Shown: piece after piece, positions 12,024 to 21,475 of the stretch | How positions within the stretch are numbered: the first letter of the stretch is position 1 | How the letters are laid out: each line of letters starts with the position of its first letter | Assembly (NCBI GenBank): GCA_963818475.1 | Contig: CAWFSF010000005.1 | Coordinates: forward strand, 704,001-768,000 | DNA from: Nitrospirota bacterium | Lineage (GTDB): Bacteria; Nitrospirota; UBA9217 | Reading direction: 5' to 3' | DNA length: 64,000 nucleotides | The notes under the pieces: generated by a model | Told to the model about the DNA's origin: nothing | The model's input: only the letters and a program-made list of their open reading frames with translations | The model's database searches: none | Position numbers and translations under genes: made by a program

Positions 12024-12025
12024 TT

Positions 12026-13126
12026 CTATTCAAACTCCACAGCATGAAGGTGCCATGTTCTATCCGCTGGGGACGATACCTGCAGGTTCAGTAAATATAA
12101 TGAAAGATCGATCGTCGGCATTTCATAGCAGAATTTTGTGCCATGCTTGACCGAAAGTCGGAGTCCGTTCAAATGGACTTCTGGCGCGGTTTCCAGATCG
12201 CACCGGATCCGTATCGCCGCAGGGAGAAGATGTTTGTACCAAGGCAAATAAACAACCACCTGGCCCTGGACTTCATTGCCGTAGGGAGACAATCCATAAT
12301 TAAAACGCCTGCTGACTCCATTTGTTTTTTTAAACCTGCGCTTCTGAAGACGATAAAAATGCAGCATCTTCAGCAATATTCGCTCAGGGAGGGTTACGTG
12401 CAACGTTGATAGATCTTCGGAGTAGAAACCGGCCAATGATCTAACGGCAACTGTTGGGGTAGTATTCTCCCACAGATGTCGTCCAATTTCTATAAACCTG
12501 CTCCATGAACGACTTGATGTCTTAGTGCCCTCATACATTCTCACCACTGACAGTGGTTTTTTCAGATAATGGAATTTTGCACCCGCCCGGTAAAGACGCG
12601 TCCATAAATCCCAATCCATGATGTAGTGCAATCCGGAGTTCAGACGTCCGATCTTCTCTAGTGCAGCCCGGCGCACAAAGCAGGATGGCTGAGAGATGCA
12701 ACATCCTTTCAGAATCGAGGAAATATCGCCGTCAACTGCAGGGAAATATTTTATAAACTGACCTGCTTCATTTACAAAAACCGAGTCGCCATAAACTACA
12801 TCCACATCAGGGTGACCGACGAAAACTTCTTTAACCGCGCTTAGCGTATAGGGAAAGTAATAGTCGTCAGCACAAAGCCAGGCAAGTATTTCACCATTAG
12901 TGTTATCCCATCCTTCCTGTATCGCTGCTGTCTGGCCCGCATCGCACCCATGCCTGTGATAACTCATGAGATCCCGATAGGTGTCCAAGACTTTCTGTAC
13001 GCTGTTGTCCGGAGTTGCATCCATTACCGCGAGCTGGACATCCCGGGCCTGCACACGAATGCTTTCAAGCGCCGTTGGCAAAAAATTGGCCTGTCGGTAT
13101 ACGGGTATCGCTATACTAAACTGCAC
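12026..13126 (-). CDS. GT2 glycosyltransferase
   Basis: IAIPVY, WLCADD, ISQPSCF, MDWDLW. Confidence 0.85.
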   Translation of the reverse strand: MQFSIAIPVYRQANFLPTALESIRVQARDVQLAVMDATPDNSVQKVLDTYRDLMSYHRHGCDAGQTAAIQEGWDNTNGEILAWLCADDYYFPYTLSAVKEVFVGHPDVDVVYGDSVFVNEAGQFIKYFPAVDGDISSILKGCCISQPSCFVRRAALEKIGRLNSGLHYIMDWDLWTRLYRAGAKFHYLKKPLSVVRMYEGTKTSSRSWSRFIEIGRHLWENTTPTVAVRSLAGFYSEDLSTLHVTLPERILLKMLHFYRLQKRRFKKTNGVSRRFNYGLSPYGNEVQGQVVVYLPWYKHLLPAAIRIRCDLETAPEVHLNGLRLSVKHGTKFCYEMPTIDLSLYLLNLQVSSPADRTWHLHAVEFE

Positions 13127-13188
13127 TTACTTGTGTCCTTTCCGGAACGCTTCTTTGGATGCATGAATATATAATTGCTCCGATCAAT

Positions 13189-13890
13189 TTATTCATTAGC
13201 CCAACGCAAGTTTGAGACCAGATCGTGGTCTCGTTTGATAAACAAAATATCGCACTGCCCCATTGCTCCATCCAAAGGGCGCCGCAGCAGGTCGACAAAT
13301 TCATACGGTATAAAGCCGAGCGACGACATATGCGCGATTGTTTGATCGAGTGAGCGCATATCTTTACAAAAAGGCAGAAACTGGCATTCCATCAATACCA
13401 TGTCGGCATACGAAAACACACTTAGCCCACCATCGATTACCCGCTTCTCAAAACCCTGCACATCAATCTTGACGAACGAAGGGAGTTCGAGGCGCTCTGT
13501 ACGAAGCAAAGTCTCCAGAGTGCGCACAAGTACGGTCCGGCTTGTTGAGGCTCCATAAGCAAAGCTGCTATCGAACAGGCCCTCTGTGATACCTATCTGC
13601 AACTCAACATCGGCATCCCCCACACCCACGTTCAGAAAGCGAACCCGACCCTTGCTTTCAGATTCAAGCTGCTTGAGTGTTGCAACACGTTCAGCAAGTG
13701 GTTCAAAACACACCATATGGGCATCCGGAAACACACCCAAAACAAACCTCGCCCAAGCACCATCTGCAGCACCGATGTCGTATATAACCTTTGGTGCATA
13801 TCCACGCTGTCTAAGACCATTCAAAGCAACGCCCATACCAAAATCCCGGTCTGCGATAATTTCACTCTGCATGCTGTCCTCCTGGCCCAT
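13189..13890 (-). CDS. FkbM family methyltransferase
   Basis: YDIGAADG, CFEP, VKIDVQGFE. Confidence 0.85.
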   Translation of the reverse strand: MGQEDSMQSEIIADRDFGMGVALNGLRQRGYAPKVIYDIGAADGAWARFVLGVFPDAHMVCFEPLAERVATLKQLESESKGRVRFLNVGVGDADVELQIGITEGLFDSSFAYGASTSRTVLVRTLETLLRTERLELPSFVKIDVQGFEKRVIDGGLSVFSYADMVLMECQFLPFCKDMRSLDQTIAHMSSLGFIPYEFVDLLRRPLDGAMGQCDILFIKRDHDLVSNLRWANE

Positions 13891-13918
13891 CTAATAATCA
13901 ATAATTTTAATTAATTGC

Positions 13919-14064
13919 CTAGCAGGTCACTGAAAAGTCCTTTTTGCCGTCTTTGCAAGCGAAGTGAAGATCTCGGTTTTAAGGAAATTAATAACTTCGA
14001 GATTGTTTCGTCGCGAAAAACGCTCCTCCAATGACAAATCGGGACTTTTTCAGCAAACTGCTAG
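13919..14064. mobile_element. MITE-like element: terminal inverted repeats enclosing a REP-like palindrome
   Basis: ctagcaggtcactgaaaagtcc ... ggactttttcagcaaactgctag with CTAG at both ends; internal gtctttgcaagcgaagtgaagatctc ... gagattgtttcgtcgc..gctcctccaatgac. Confidence 0.65.
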
Positions 14065-14936
14065 CTCAACAAGGAGCACGAAGTGCAAAGCACCCCCTCC
14101 GCTTTACGCGAAATCCTACTCACTCGCAAGGCTCTCCGCTCCGAGGTATTGTAAATATCCAGCGCGTGAGTATCGCGGGCATCCCCTTTTCCCCATTTCC
14201 CTTCCGCATCGATGCAGCAAAACGCTTCGCGACCACTGGCTAATAAGTGCAATTTGAACCACTGTGAGCAACCGATATTTGGTATCGATTTATTATAAGA
14301 CGCCGCTTTAAGGCCTAACCAGTCGCTTCTACTAGAAACGACAGCAGTAAACTTTGGAAAAACATCCCTACACCAATCCTTGAATGCAGAATCTTCATTT
14401 GAACCATCGCCGACCCGTGATAGGACGACGGGGAAAGTCAACTTCGCATCATGAAGATGTTGTAGTGCTTCTATAGTGCGATTGAATGGTAGCTGCATCA
14501 CCTCCTGATACTTTTCGGGCCTACACTCATTCAGGGAAATATTAAGACGGCCAACAGAATGAAGTTCCAGAAGGTTCTGGATATTTTGGCAGTTCAGAGG
14601 AGAACCATTCGAGAAAAAAATTAGGGACGCATGAGGTAATGTCTCATTGATTCTGTTTGCAAATTGGAAAATGCGGCTATCGAGAAATGGTTCATTGACC
14701 CTAGAAAGATTCACGTCAAATTTGTGGGTTTCCGGAATATCGCGTAGATCTCCGATAATTTTCTCAAAAAGATCGTCAGGCATCCTTTCACCCTTGCGTG
14801 TCAACTGCGGATAGGGGCAAAAGTTGCACGCGGCGTTGCACTGAACAAATGTTTCGATCGAGACAACCGCAGGATAATCGGCACATTGCTTTGTGCAAAC
14901 ATCAAGATAGAACTGATAATTCTGGAGATCATCCAT
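14061..14936 (-). CDS. Radical SAM protein with C-terminal SPASM/twitch-like cysteines
   Basis: CNAACNFC motif; C-terminal GC..CC..CTSC. Confidence 0.85.
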   Translation of the reverse strand: MDDLQNYQFYLDVCTKQCADYPAVVSIETFVQCNAACNFCPYPQLTRKGERMPDDLFEKIIGDLRDIPETHKFDVNLSRVNEPFLDSRIFQFANRINETLPHASLIFFSNGSPLNCQNIQNLLELHSVGRLNISLNECRPEKYQEVMQLPFNRTIEALQHLHDAKLTFPVVLSRVGDGSNEDSAFKDWCRDVFPKFTAVVSSRSDWLGLKAASYNKSIPNIGCSQWFKLHLLASGREAFCCIDAEGKWGKGDARDTHALDIYNTSERRALRVSRISRKAEGVLCTSCSLLS

Positions 14937-15854
14937 CTATTTGTACCACGTAATTCCTCGGATCTGTTTCGACGCCCAGTTCCAATTGTATGCAGTAATG
15001 ATTTCATGGCCGCACGTGACATACAATAATCTGAGAACGGTGCCGAAATAGAATCTTTTCACAGCGCTAAGTTGGGGGAATGGCTGGTCATAATATCCCT
15101 TCATATCAAACAACCGGAACAATAGTCGATAGACTTCGGCTATCCAGCCTCGATAAGGGCCATATGTCTTCGTAACTCTGTACATCTCATTAATTACACG
15201 CATCCCGGCTCTCGACGTGAGATTGTCATCGGTAAAATAGTAAACTGAAAGAACGTCCCGGACGACCTTGAATCGCGCACCGCAACTGTGCAATCGGTTC
15301 CACCACTCCCAGTCAAAAGCGAGCGAATAGCTCTCATCCAGTTCGCCAGCCTTCCGGTGAATGGAAGCGCGCCAAAATGTGCTGGGCTGCTCTATGTCGT
15401 TTCGCAAGGCCATTAGTCGCTCGAACTGATCGGGCACTTGAGTTATCAGCGTTGAACCATCTGCAAATACCCTCTGACAACCGCCGGTTATTACATCAAC
15501 AGTAGGTGACTCGCAAAACTCCGCCGCTATGCGATGGAGGGCTCCTGGCGCAAAGCTATCATCGGCGTTAAGATAGCAATAGACATTTCCTGTAGCGAGC
15601 CTGAATCCCTTGTTAATAGCCTCTGCTATACAATGATCTTTTTCGCTAATGACGTGTGAGATCATATGTCCGTACTGACGCACTATTTCAATGGTACTGT
15701 CACTACTAAGGCCGTCTACTACAATCAATTCTAGATTCGGAAAATTCTGGTCTTTGATAGAACGTAGAGTACGATCGATAGTTTTTTCAGCGTTCAAGCA
15801 TGCCATCACAAGACTGATTCTGACTGTATTCAATTGAAGTTCGATATTATTCAT
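14937..15854 (-). CDS. GT2 glycosyltransferase
   Basis: VVDGLSSD, AINKG, YLNADD, QPSTFWR, FDWEWW. Confidence 0.85.
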   Translation of the reverse strand: MNNIELQLNTVRISLVMACLNAEKTIDRTLRSIKDQNFPNLELIVVDGLSSDSTIEIVRQYGHMISHVISEKDHCIAEAINKGFRLATGNVYCYLNADDSFAPGALHRIAAEFCESPTVDVITGGCQRVFADGSTLITQVPDQFERLMALRNDIEQPSTFWRASIHRKAGELDESYSLAFDWEWWNRLHSCGARFKVVRDVLSVYYFTDDNLTSRAGMRVINEMYRVTKTYGPYRGWIAEVYRLLFRLFDMKGYYDQPFPQLSAVKRFYFGTVLRLLYVTCGHEIITAYNWNWASKQIRGITWYK

Positions 15855-16801
15855 GCCAAGGTATCCTGTTGCCGGGAATGATGCTCGCGTCTTGCCCCCA
15901 GATGATAGGCGACCATGCCTATTGCATATTGAAATGACTTACGTCTTTCAACCTTGAGAGTCCAAAAGAGCATTTTAATAAATGCCTTGCTTGATCTATA
16001 GCTCTCCGGAATAGGCTGAGCGCCTTTTAAGAGGACGTCGAGCACAACATGGCTGACGCCATAACAGTACATAATGCGGATGAGGTAGCGAAATCTGAAC
16101 CTATGGGCAGCCAAGTGATGCCGTAATACCAAACTGGGTTCATAAGCGTTGCTCCGGCCTACTTTGACAGCGCCGAGCATCAGAATGGAATCTTCGCAGG
16201 AGAACAACTTTCCCGCCGTGCGCCCAAGTCGGAAGATACTATCCGACGCATTTGCTCGGCGCAGATATTCATCCAGCACGTCCCTATGAACAAAAGCTCC
16301 AGCTGTTGGCGGTTCCCATGGGCCCCAATGGTTGCTCATTTGCTCTATTCGCTGATCGCCGAAATCCTTTATTCCGAGAAATGGGAGAAAAGGTTGCGTC
16401 CATGCTGGAGGTGTAATACTTTCAGGCAGCAGCAATTTGCCGCCAAAACATCCGACCGTAGTATGTGATTGAATGACTTTCAGCCCATTTAAAACATAAT
16501 CCGGATCTAATTCATTATCGTCATCGACGAACAAGATCCACTCGGCCGTTGTTGCTCTTGCTGCAGCAGCTCGCGCACGTGCGATTCCTGGATGCGTCTC
16601 CTGGATCAATCTTGTGGATATCGGCGAACCTTTGAACTGCTCAAAAACTGCTTCCGTGAGAGGCGGTGTTGAGGCATTATCCACAACGAGTAGGGACAAT
16701 ATGTGTTTCTCCACACCCTGCTGCTTACGAATACTCGTCATAATGTTAACTAAAGCATCAGTACGTGGATTGTGAGTACAAATACAAATATCAACATGCA
16801 T
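15851..16801 (-). CDS. GT2 glycosyltransferase
   Basis: ICTHNPR, VVDNAS, FVDDDN, SCED. Confidence 0.85.
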   Translation of the reverse strand: MHVDICICTHNPRTDALVNIMTSIRKQQGVEKHILSLLVVDNASTPPLTEAVFEQFKGSPISTRLIQETHPGIARARAAAARATTAEWILFVDDDNELDPDYVLNGLKVIQSHTTVGCFGGKLLLPESITPPAWTQPFLPFLGIKDFGDQRIEQMSNHWGPWEPPTAGAFVHRDVLDEYLRRANASDSIFRLGRTAGKLFSCEDSILMLGAVKVGRSNAYEPSLVLRHHLAAHRFRFRYLIRIMYCYGVSHVVLDVLLKGAQPIPESYRSSKAFIKMLFWTLKVERRKSFQYAIGMVAYHLGARREHHSRQQDTLA

Positions 16802-16805
16802 TGTC

Positions 16806-18191
16806 TTACACTCCTCGCCTGAGCCGTCGATAGAGGTAATAAAGCCACTTGACTCTCTGAGCAAAAGATTTTAACGGTGAAAGCTCATTTTCAAGCAACG
16901 TGTTTCGTTCACGTTCTTGCATTAAGAGTAACTCAGTGCGCTCACCCCATTCACGCATCTGTCGAGTGTTCTCTTGCTCTTGGGTAACCCGCCCCTCGGC
17001 ATTCTCTGCCCATTGACGGAGTTGCGTGCCAGTCTGCCGCTCCTGCAGAAGGAATTGCTCGGTTCGCTCCGCCCATTCACGCATCTGTCGAGTGTTCTCT
17101 TGCTCTTGGGCAACCCGCTCCTCGGCCTTCTCCGCCCATTGACGGAGTTGCGTGCCTGTCTGCCGTTCCTGCAGAAGGAGCTGCTCGGTTCGCTCCGCCC
17201 ATTCACGCATCTGTCGAGTTTTCTCTTGCTCTTGGACAACGCGCCCCTCGGCCCTCTCCGCCCGATCCGTTGCCTCTGTGGCTGCGCTGGCCAACGCCTT
17301 GTACGTATGCAGCTCTTCCAGTTCTGCGTACAATGAGCATGCATTTGCCCGTTCTAGGATATCGCGGGCGACCTGCATGTTATCCGAATGGGCAGACGCC
17401 AGTCTCGCATTAACGGCTGAACGGTTAATACACGCAAAGAGGTTTTTGTACCAAACTGGCTCTTCGACTTGAAAGGGGAGCAATTCAAGGGCCTCGGCAG
17501 AAAATTCGCAAAGCTCGTAACCAAAGCTTTTAAGCTGCCTTGCCAGTTGTATGGAGGTAACCCCGCGTCTGGCGAGATTTGCTTCCGTAAACTCTATCAT
17601 GATGAGCGGACATCGTTTTTCGGCAATTACCTGCGCGCCACCGCTCAGTACCTCGGGTTCTGCGCCCTCGACATCAATCTTGATTAAGGTTATTTGTGGA
17701 ATTGAAACAGCCGAGACTATCTCGTCCAGCGTAACCGTTTGTACATCTTTGAGAGTAGCAGTTGAGTCATCAAAAGCAACATGCGAATAGGCCGCTTTAC
17801 CGAAACCCGCATCAACGAAGCCAATTTTCCCCGGACGATTCCACACTGCCGCATTCACAAGGGTTGCCGATTCCAGGCCGGCACGCTCTACGTTTTCTTT
17901 TAAATACGAGAATGTCTTTGGGTCCGCCTCGACAGCAATCAGGTCAATTTTCCCTTTGGTCGCCTGACTGGCAATTGCCGAAAACAAACCTATATGCGCG
18001 CCACAATCGATAAAGCAGTCACCCGGCCGCAAATAGAGCCAAAAAAATGCCTGCTCGGCCGCCTCAAAGCAACCTCGATGAAGCAAGGTAATTAGTTCCT
18101 CGTTCCGTTGGTGGGATAGCCAACCTACGTGCGGAACATAGGATACTGGATCTTGAGGGTCAGTTTTGTCAGTCATATCTGGCATGTTCAT
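16806..18191 (-). CDS. FkbM methyltransferase with C-terminal repeat coiled coil (WbdD-like)
   Basis: IDCGAHIG, IKIDVEGAE; C-terminal 42-aa repeats; basic amphipathic tail. Confidence 0.85.
   Translation of the reverse strand: MNMPDMTDKTDPQDPVSYVPHVGWLSHQRNEELITLLHRGCFEAAEQAFFWLYLRPGDCFIDCGAHIGLFSAIASQATKGKIDLIAVEADPKTFSYLKENVERAGLESATLVNAAVWNRPGKIGFVDAGFGKAAYSHVAFDDSTATLKDVQTVTLDEIVSAVSIPQITLIKIDVEGAEPEVLSGGAQVIAEKRCPLIMIEFTEANLARRGVTSIQLARQLKSFGYELCEFSAEALELLPFQVEEPVWYKNLFACINRSAVNARLASAHSDNMQVARDILERANACSLYAELEELHTYKALASAATEATDRAERAEGRVVQEQEKTRQMREWAERTEQLLLQERQTGTQLRQWAEKAEERVAQEQENTRQMREWAERTEQFLLQERQTGTQLRQWAENAEGRVTQEQENTRQMREWGERTELLLMQERERNTLLENELSPLKSFAQRVKWLYYLYRRLRRGV
16915..17255 (-). 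repeat. 126-bp intragenic tandem repeat (about 2.7 copies)
   Basis: cattcacgcatctgtcgagt at 16948, 17074 and 17200 (period 126). Confidence 0.9.
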
Positions 18192-18897
18192 TTAGTGAGT
18201 ATCCCCTCGCTAATAGCCAATCGGAGAACTTGTGGGTCAAATACGTACGCTGATCCTTGGTGAGCAGTGTTCTCCATGCGCCTACTTGACCATTGTGAAT
18301 ATGATTCCAGTGTAACAGTTCGCGGGAGTCAAACACTTGCCCTTTCCGTCCTGATGGTCCAATATCAGGTGGGTGAAGGCGCGCTACTCTCTCTCTTTGG
18401 CGGTCTTTCTGAAAATCATGACCAATGTGATCCACCATCTGATCGCTTAACGAAATTCGCAGGAAATCTGAAATCTTTTGTGTTTCTTGAACAAGGTTGT
18501 CGTGAAATAACTCGTACCGACTAATCAACACATCCGGCATCGCTGTCCATTGGTGATAGTCTTCGATTGCCTGATCAAGCCATTTTTTATTGATTAGCTC
18601 CTCAAAAGTCATCTCGAATTTCCGCATTACAGAAACAGCAACATCCCGTATATCACGGTATGAATAGATAACCTTGGCTCCGTTATTCCGGCATTCTCGA
18701 CTTAATTCTGGAAGGCATACGTGAGCTTTGAATACAGCGAATTGATAGTCATACGCATCGCGAATTGCTGCAAAGCCAGATTCCGGCGTGTAAGGAACGC
18801 GAATTCCACAGTTTGCAGCTTCAATAATTGCTGCGGTCAGTTGGTACTGAACCGTCGAACCTGAGCGGATCATTCCTGAACAAAATACCCAAGTCAT
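18169..18897 (-). CDS. Sulfotransferase domain protein
   Basis: GMIRSGST (5'-PAPS loop), KAH, YRDIRDVAVS (3'-PB), RYE, GQVGAW. Confidence 0.8.
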   Translation of the reverse strand: MTWVFCSGMIRSGSTVQYQLTAAIIEAANCGIRVPYTPESGFAAIRDAYDYQFAVFKAHVCLPELSRECRNNGAKVIYSYRDIRDVAVSVMRKFEMTFEELINKKWLDQAIEDYHQWTAMPDVLISRYELFHDNLVQETQKISDFLRISLSDQMVDHIGHDFQKDRQRERVARLHPPDIGPSGRKGQVFDSRELLHWNHIHNGQVGAWRTLLTKDQRTYLTHKFSDWLLARGYSLNEHARYD

Positions 18898-20303
18898 TGC
18901 ATCGAAACCTCGGAGCGCGCTAGAGAGAGATCAGACTCAATTAAGACTGGTACGGGAATGGGGTGTTTTCGCCAAGACGACACCTTAAAATGGATCCCGT
19001 ACTCTATTAGATCAGATATCTCGGCAGCATCAAAATTAAAGACATCTCCGGAGTACTTTGTGTTTGGCTGAAACAGAAGTATGCCTATCTGCATGTAATA
19101 AGTATCCGCCTGCAATGGCAAAGAAAATATCATTTCCGCAATAACATATTGGTCGCCGTCGAATCGTTGCATCTTGTCAAATTTTGAATCTCGTATGACC
19201 GCCACTGGACTGCCGCACTTATCTTTGACTACCAATCCGATATGTATGTCGGCACGGATGGTCTGGTGAGACCGCAATAGAATGCATGCTTTAATTATTT
19301 GAGTTGGGTCGACAACATCGACAGGTATGCCTTCCTGGTTTAATAGCGCGAAAGAAAGGATTGATACCCGACCGGTGCCGCGCCGATCCTTATTTGCCCG
19401 TTCATAGAAACTAGCCTGTTCGCTCTGCAGGGTATTCAAAACCATTCCCAAAACGGTCTTTGGAAAATATTGGGTGACCTTTGGAAAGGTGTTCAGCGTA
19501 CTAATTGTTTCCCTTTCGTTGGCTGAAGCATGGCTTCTTTTTAAAATATCTCTTTGATAAAGAGCAGCCATCTCCATCACGTTGCCAAATCCAGCCAATG
19601 TCCCTGTGCTTAGGTAAATCGCACGGTCGCAAAATGACCTTACAGATACGATATCATGAGAGACGAACAAAATCGTTGTTCCTGATGCTTTTAGCTTGTT
19701 CATTCGCGCGAAGCAGCGTGTCTGAAATTCCGCATCCCCAACGGCCAACGCCTCATCTATCACCAGGATATCGGGGTCAATCTGCGACTGCACTGCAAAG
19801 GCCAAACGCACTATCATGCCGCTGGAGTAGGTTTTTACCTGCTGCTCGATGAACTGGCCAATATCGGCAAATGCGGCGATGTCGTCAAACCGTTTATCAA
19901 CTTCTTCCTTGCTCAAACCCAGCACAGCAGCGTTCATATAAACGTTTTCACGCCCCGTGAACTCAGGATTGAAGCCGGAGCCGAGTTCCAATAGTGCTGT
20001 TATGCGGCCTTTGGTTTCCACTATTCCACTGGTGGGCGAAAGCGTGCCGCATATAATTTGCAGCAAGGTGGATTTTCCCGACCCATTGCGCCCAATGATG
20101 CCGACGGTCTCCCCTTTTTTTACTTCGAACGATACATCGTTGAGCGCCCAAAATTCGCGGAAATACTGTTTTGGCGACGCTTTGCCGGCGAGCCGCTGCA
20201 TTCGCGGCACAACAAACTGCTTGAGCCGGTCGCGCGGATTGTCATAGATCTGATAGCACTTGCTCAGGTTGCTGACACGGATGGCGATATCTTTAGAGGA
20301 CAT
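18894..20303 (-). CDS. wzt: Polysaccharide ABC transporter ATPase with C-terminal carbohydrate-binding domain
   Basis: GRNGSGKST, YSSGMIVRLAF, IDEALAVGD; long C-terminal extension. Confidence 0.92.
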   Translation of the reverse strand: MSSKDIAIRVSNLSKCYQIYDNPRDRLKQFVVPRMQRLAGKASPKQYFREFWALNDVSFEVKKGETVGIIGRNGSGKSTLLQIICGTLSPTSGIVETKGRITALLELGSGFNPEFTGRENVYMNAAVLGLSKEEVDKRFDDIAAFADIGQFIEQQVKTYSSGMIVRLAFAVQSQIDPDILVIDEALAVGDAEFQTRCFARMNKLKASGTTILFVSHDIVSVRSFCDRAIYLSTGTLAGFGNVMEMAALYQRDILKRSHASANERETISTLNTFPKVTQYFPKTVLGMVLNTLQSEQASFYERANKDRRGTGRVSILSFALLNQEGIPVDVVDPTQIIKACILLRSHQTIRADIHIGLVVKDKCGSPVAVIRDSKFDKMQRFDGDQYVIAEMIFSLPLQADTYYMQIGILLFQPNTKYSGDVFNFDAAEISDLIEYGIHFKVSSWRKHPIPVPVLIESDLSLARSEVSMQ

Positions 20304-21126
20304 CAGCGAATCCTTTTCTCGTTTTTTGAAACCATGCAAATCCCAGCCATGCCACACCAAGCGCCGCCAGCAAATAAAGTCCCAAGCCAATCCAATTGGG
20401 CAGTCGTCCCCAGATAAGCACTTCCCGAGCCTGTTCGATGATGAACGTCAAGGGATTGGCCATGATCCACGAGCGGTATTGTTCTGGCACTGCGGTAATG
20501 GGATAGAAAACCGGAGAGAGGAACATTAAGACGGTCGTGAGGATGCCGATGGTCTGGCCTACGTCGCGAATGAACACGCCGAGCGAGGCGAGCATCCAGG
20601 CAAATCCAAGGGTGGCAACGATAAGAGGGAAAAGGACAAGCGGCGTAAGCAGGGCCGTCCATTGGACATAACCATTGAACAGGACAAAAGCGGCCAACAG
20701 AACCACCAGGCTGATCAAACTGTGAAAGAGCGCCGCGCCCAGGGAAATGACCGGCAGGATCTCCAGCGGGAAAACGACTTTTTTAACGTAATTGACATTG
20801 CCCAGAATCAGGCCGGGGGCGCGGTTCAGCACTTCGGCAAACAGGCCTTGCACGATCAAGCCCACGAAGAGCACAACGGCGAACTGTGTTCTGCTCTCAT
20901 TCCCTCCCACGCCGCCCCAGCGGGACTTGAACACCATGCTGAATACAAAGGTGTAAACCGTGAGCATGAATATCGGATTGAAGAACGACCATGCCAGGCC
21001 CATGACCGATCCTTTATAGCGGCCGACGACTTCACGTGTGGTCATTTGCGCGATAAGGCTGCGATTGTGCCAGAGGCTGCGCGCCAGTGCTGCAAGTGAG
21101 GCAGGTTGAGACGTATGCGGATTCAT
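20293..21126 (-). CDS. wzm: Polysaccharide ABC transporter permease
   Basis: RYKGSVMGLAWSFFNP, NYVKKVVFP, NPLTFIIE. Confidence 0.92.
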   Translation of the reverse strand: MNPHTSQPASLAALARSLWHNRSLIAQMTTREVVGRYKGSVMGLAWSFFNPIFMLTVYTFVFSMVFKSRWGGVGGNESRTQFAVVLFVGLIVQGLFAEVLNRAPGLILGNVNYVKKVVFPLEILPVISLGAALFHSLISLVVLLAAFVLFNGYVQWTALLTPLVLFPLIVATLGFAWMLASLGVFIRDVGQTIGILTTVLMFLSPVFYPITAVPEQYRSWIMANPLTFIIEQAREVLIWGRLPNWIGLGLYLLAALGVAWLGFAWFQKTRKGFADVL

Positions 21127-21475
21127 GGCGGATTGTCCAGTTCCTATCTTTGAAACACTAACGGCCAGGTTAGAAAAATAGTCCTTGGTTTCTACTGTAC
21201 CGACTTGCGGGTCCTCCGTGTTCCACGGGCGCCAACAGGTGCGTTTATCTTGGAAGGTTACATGGCATTTCTTGCCTTATTCATAGTGAGATTACGAATT
21301 TGGCATAGTAGCATAACGGCCAAAGAACATCAATCCCCTAAAAATACCCCGGGCTTACTACGCTCAGGGTATTTTTAGGGTAGTGAATTGAAATGTGGCA
21401 CACTGAAAAAACAATTTAGTTGCCAAATGATCGATTGTACTTGCGTTTTATGACTTTTTATACTATCGTCCGGAG

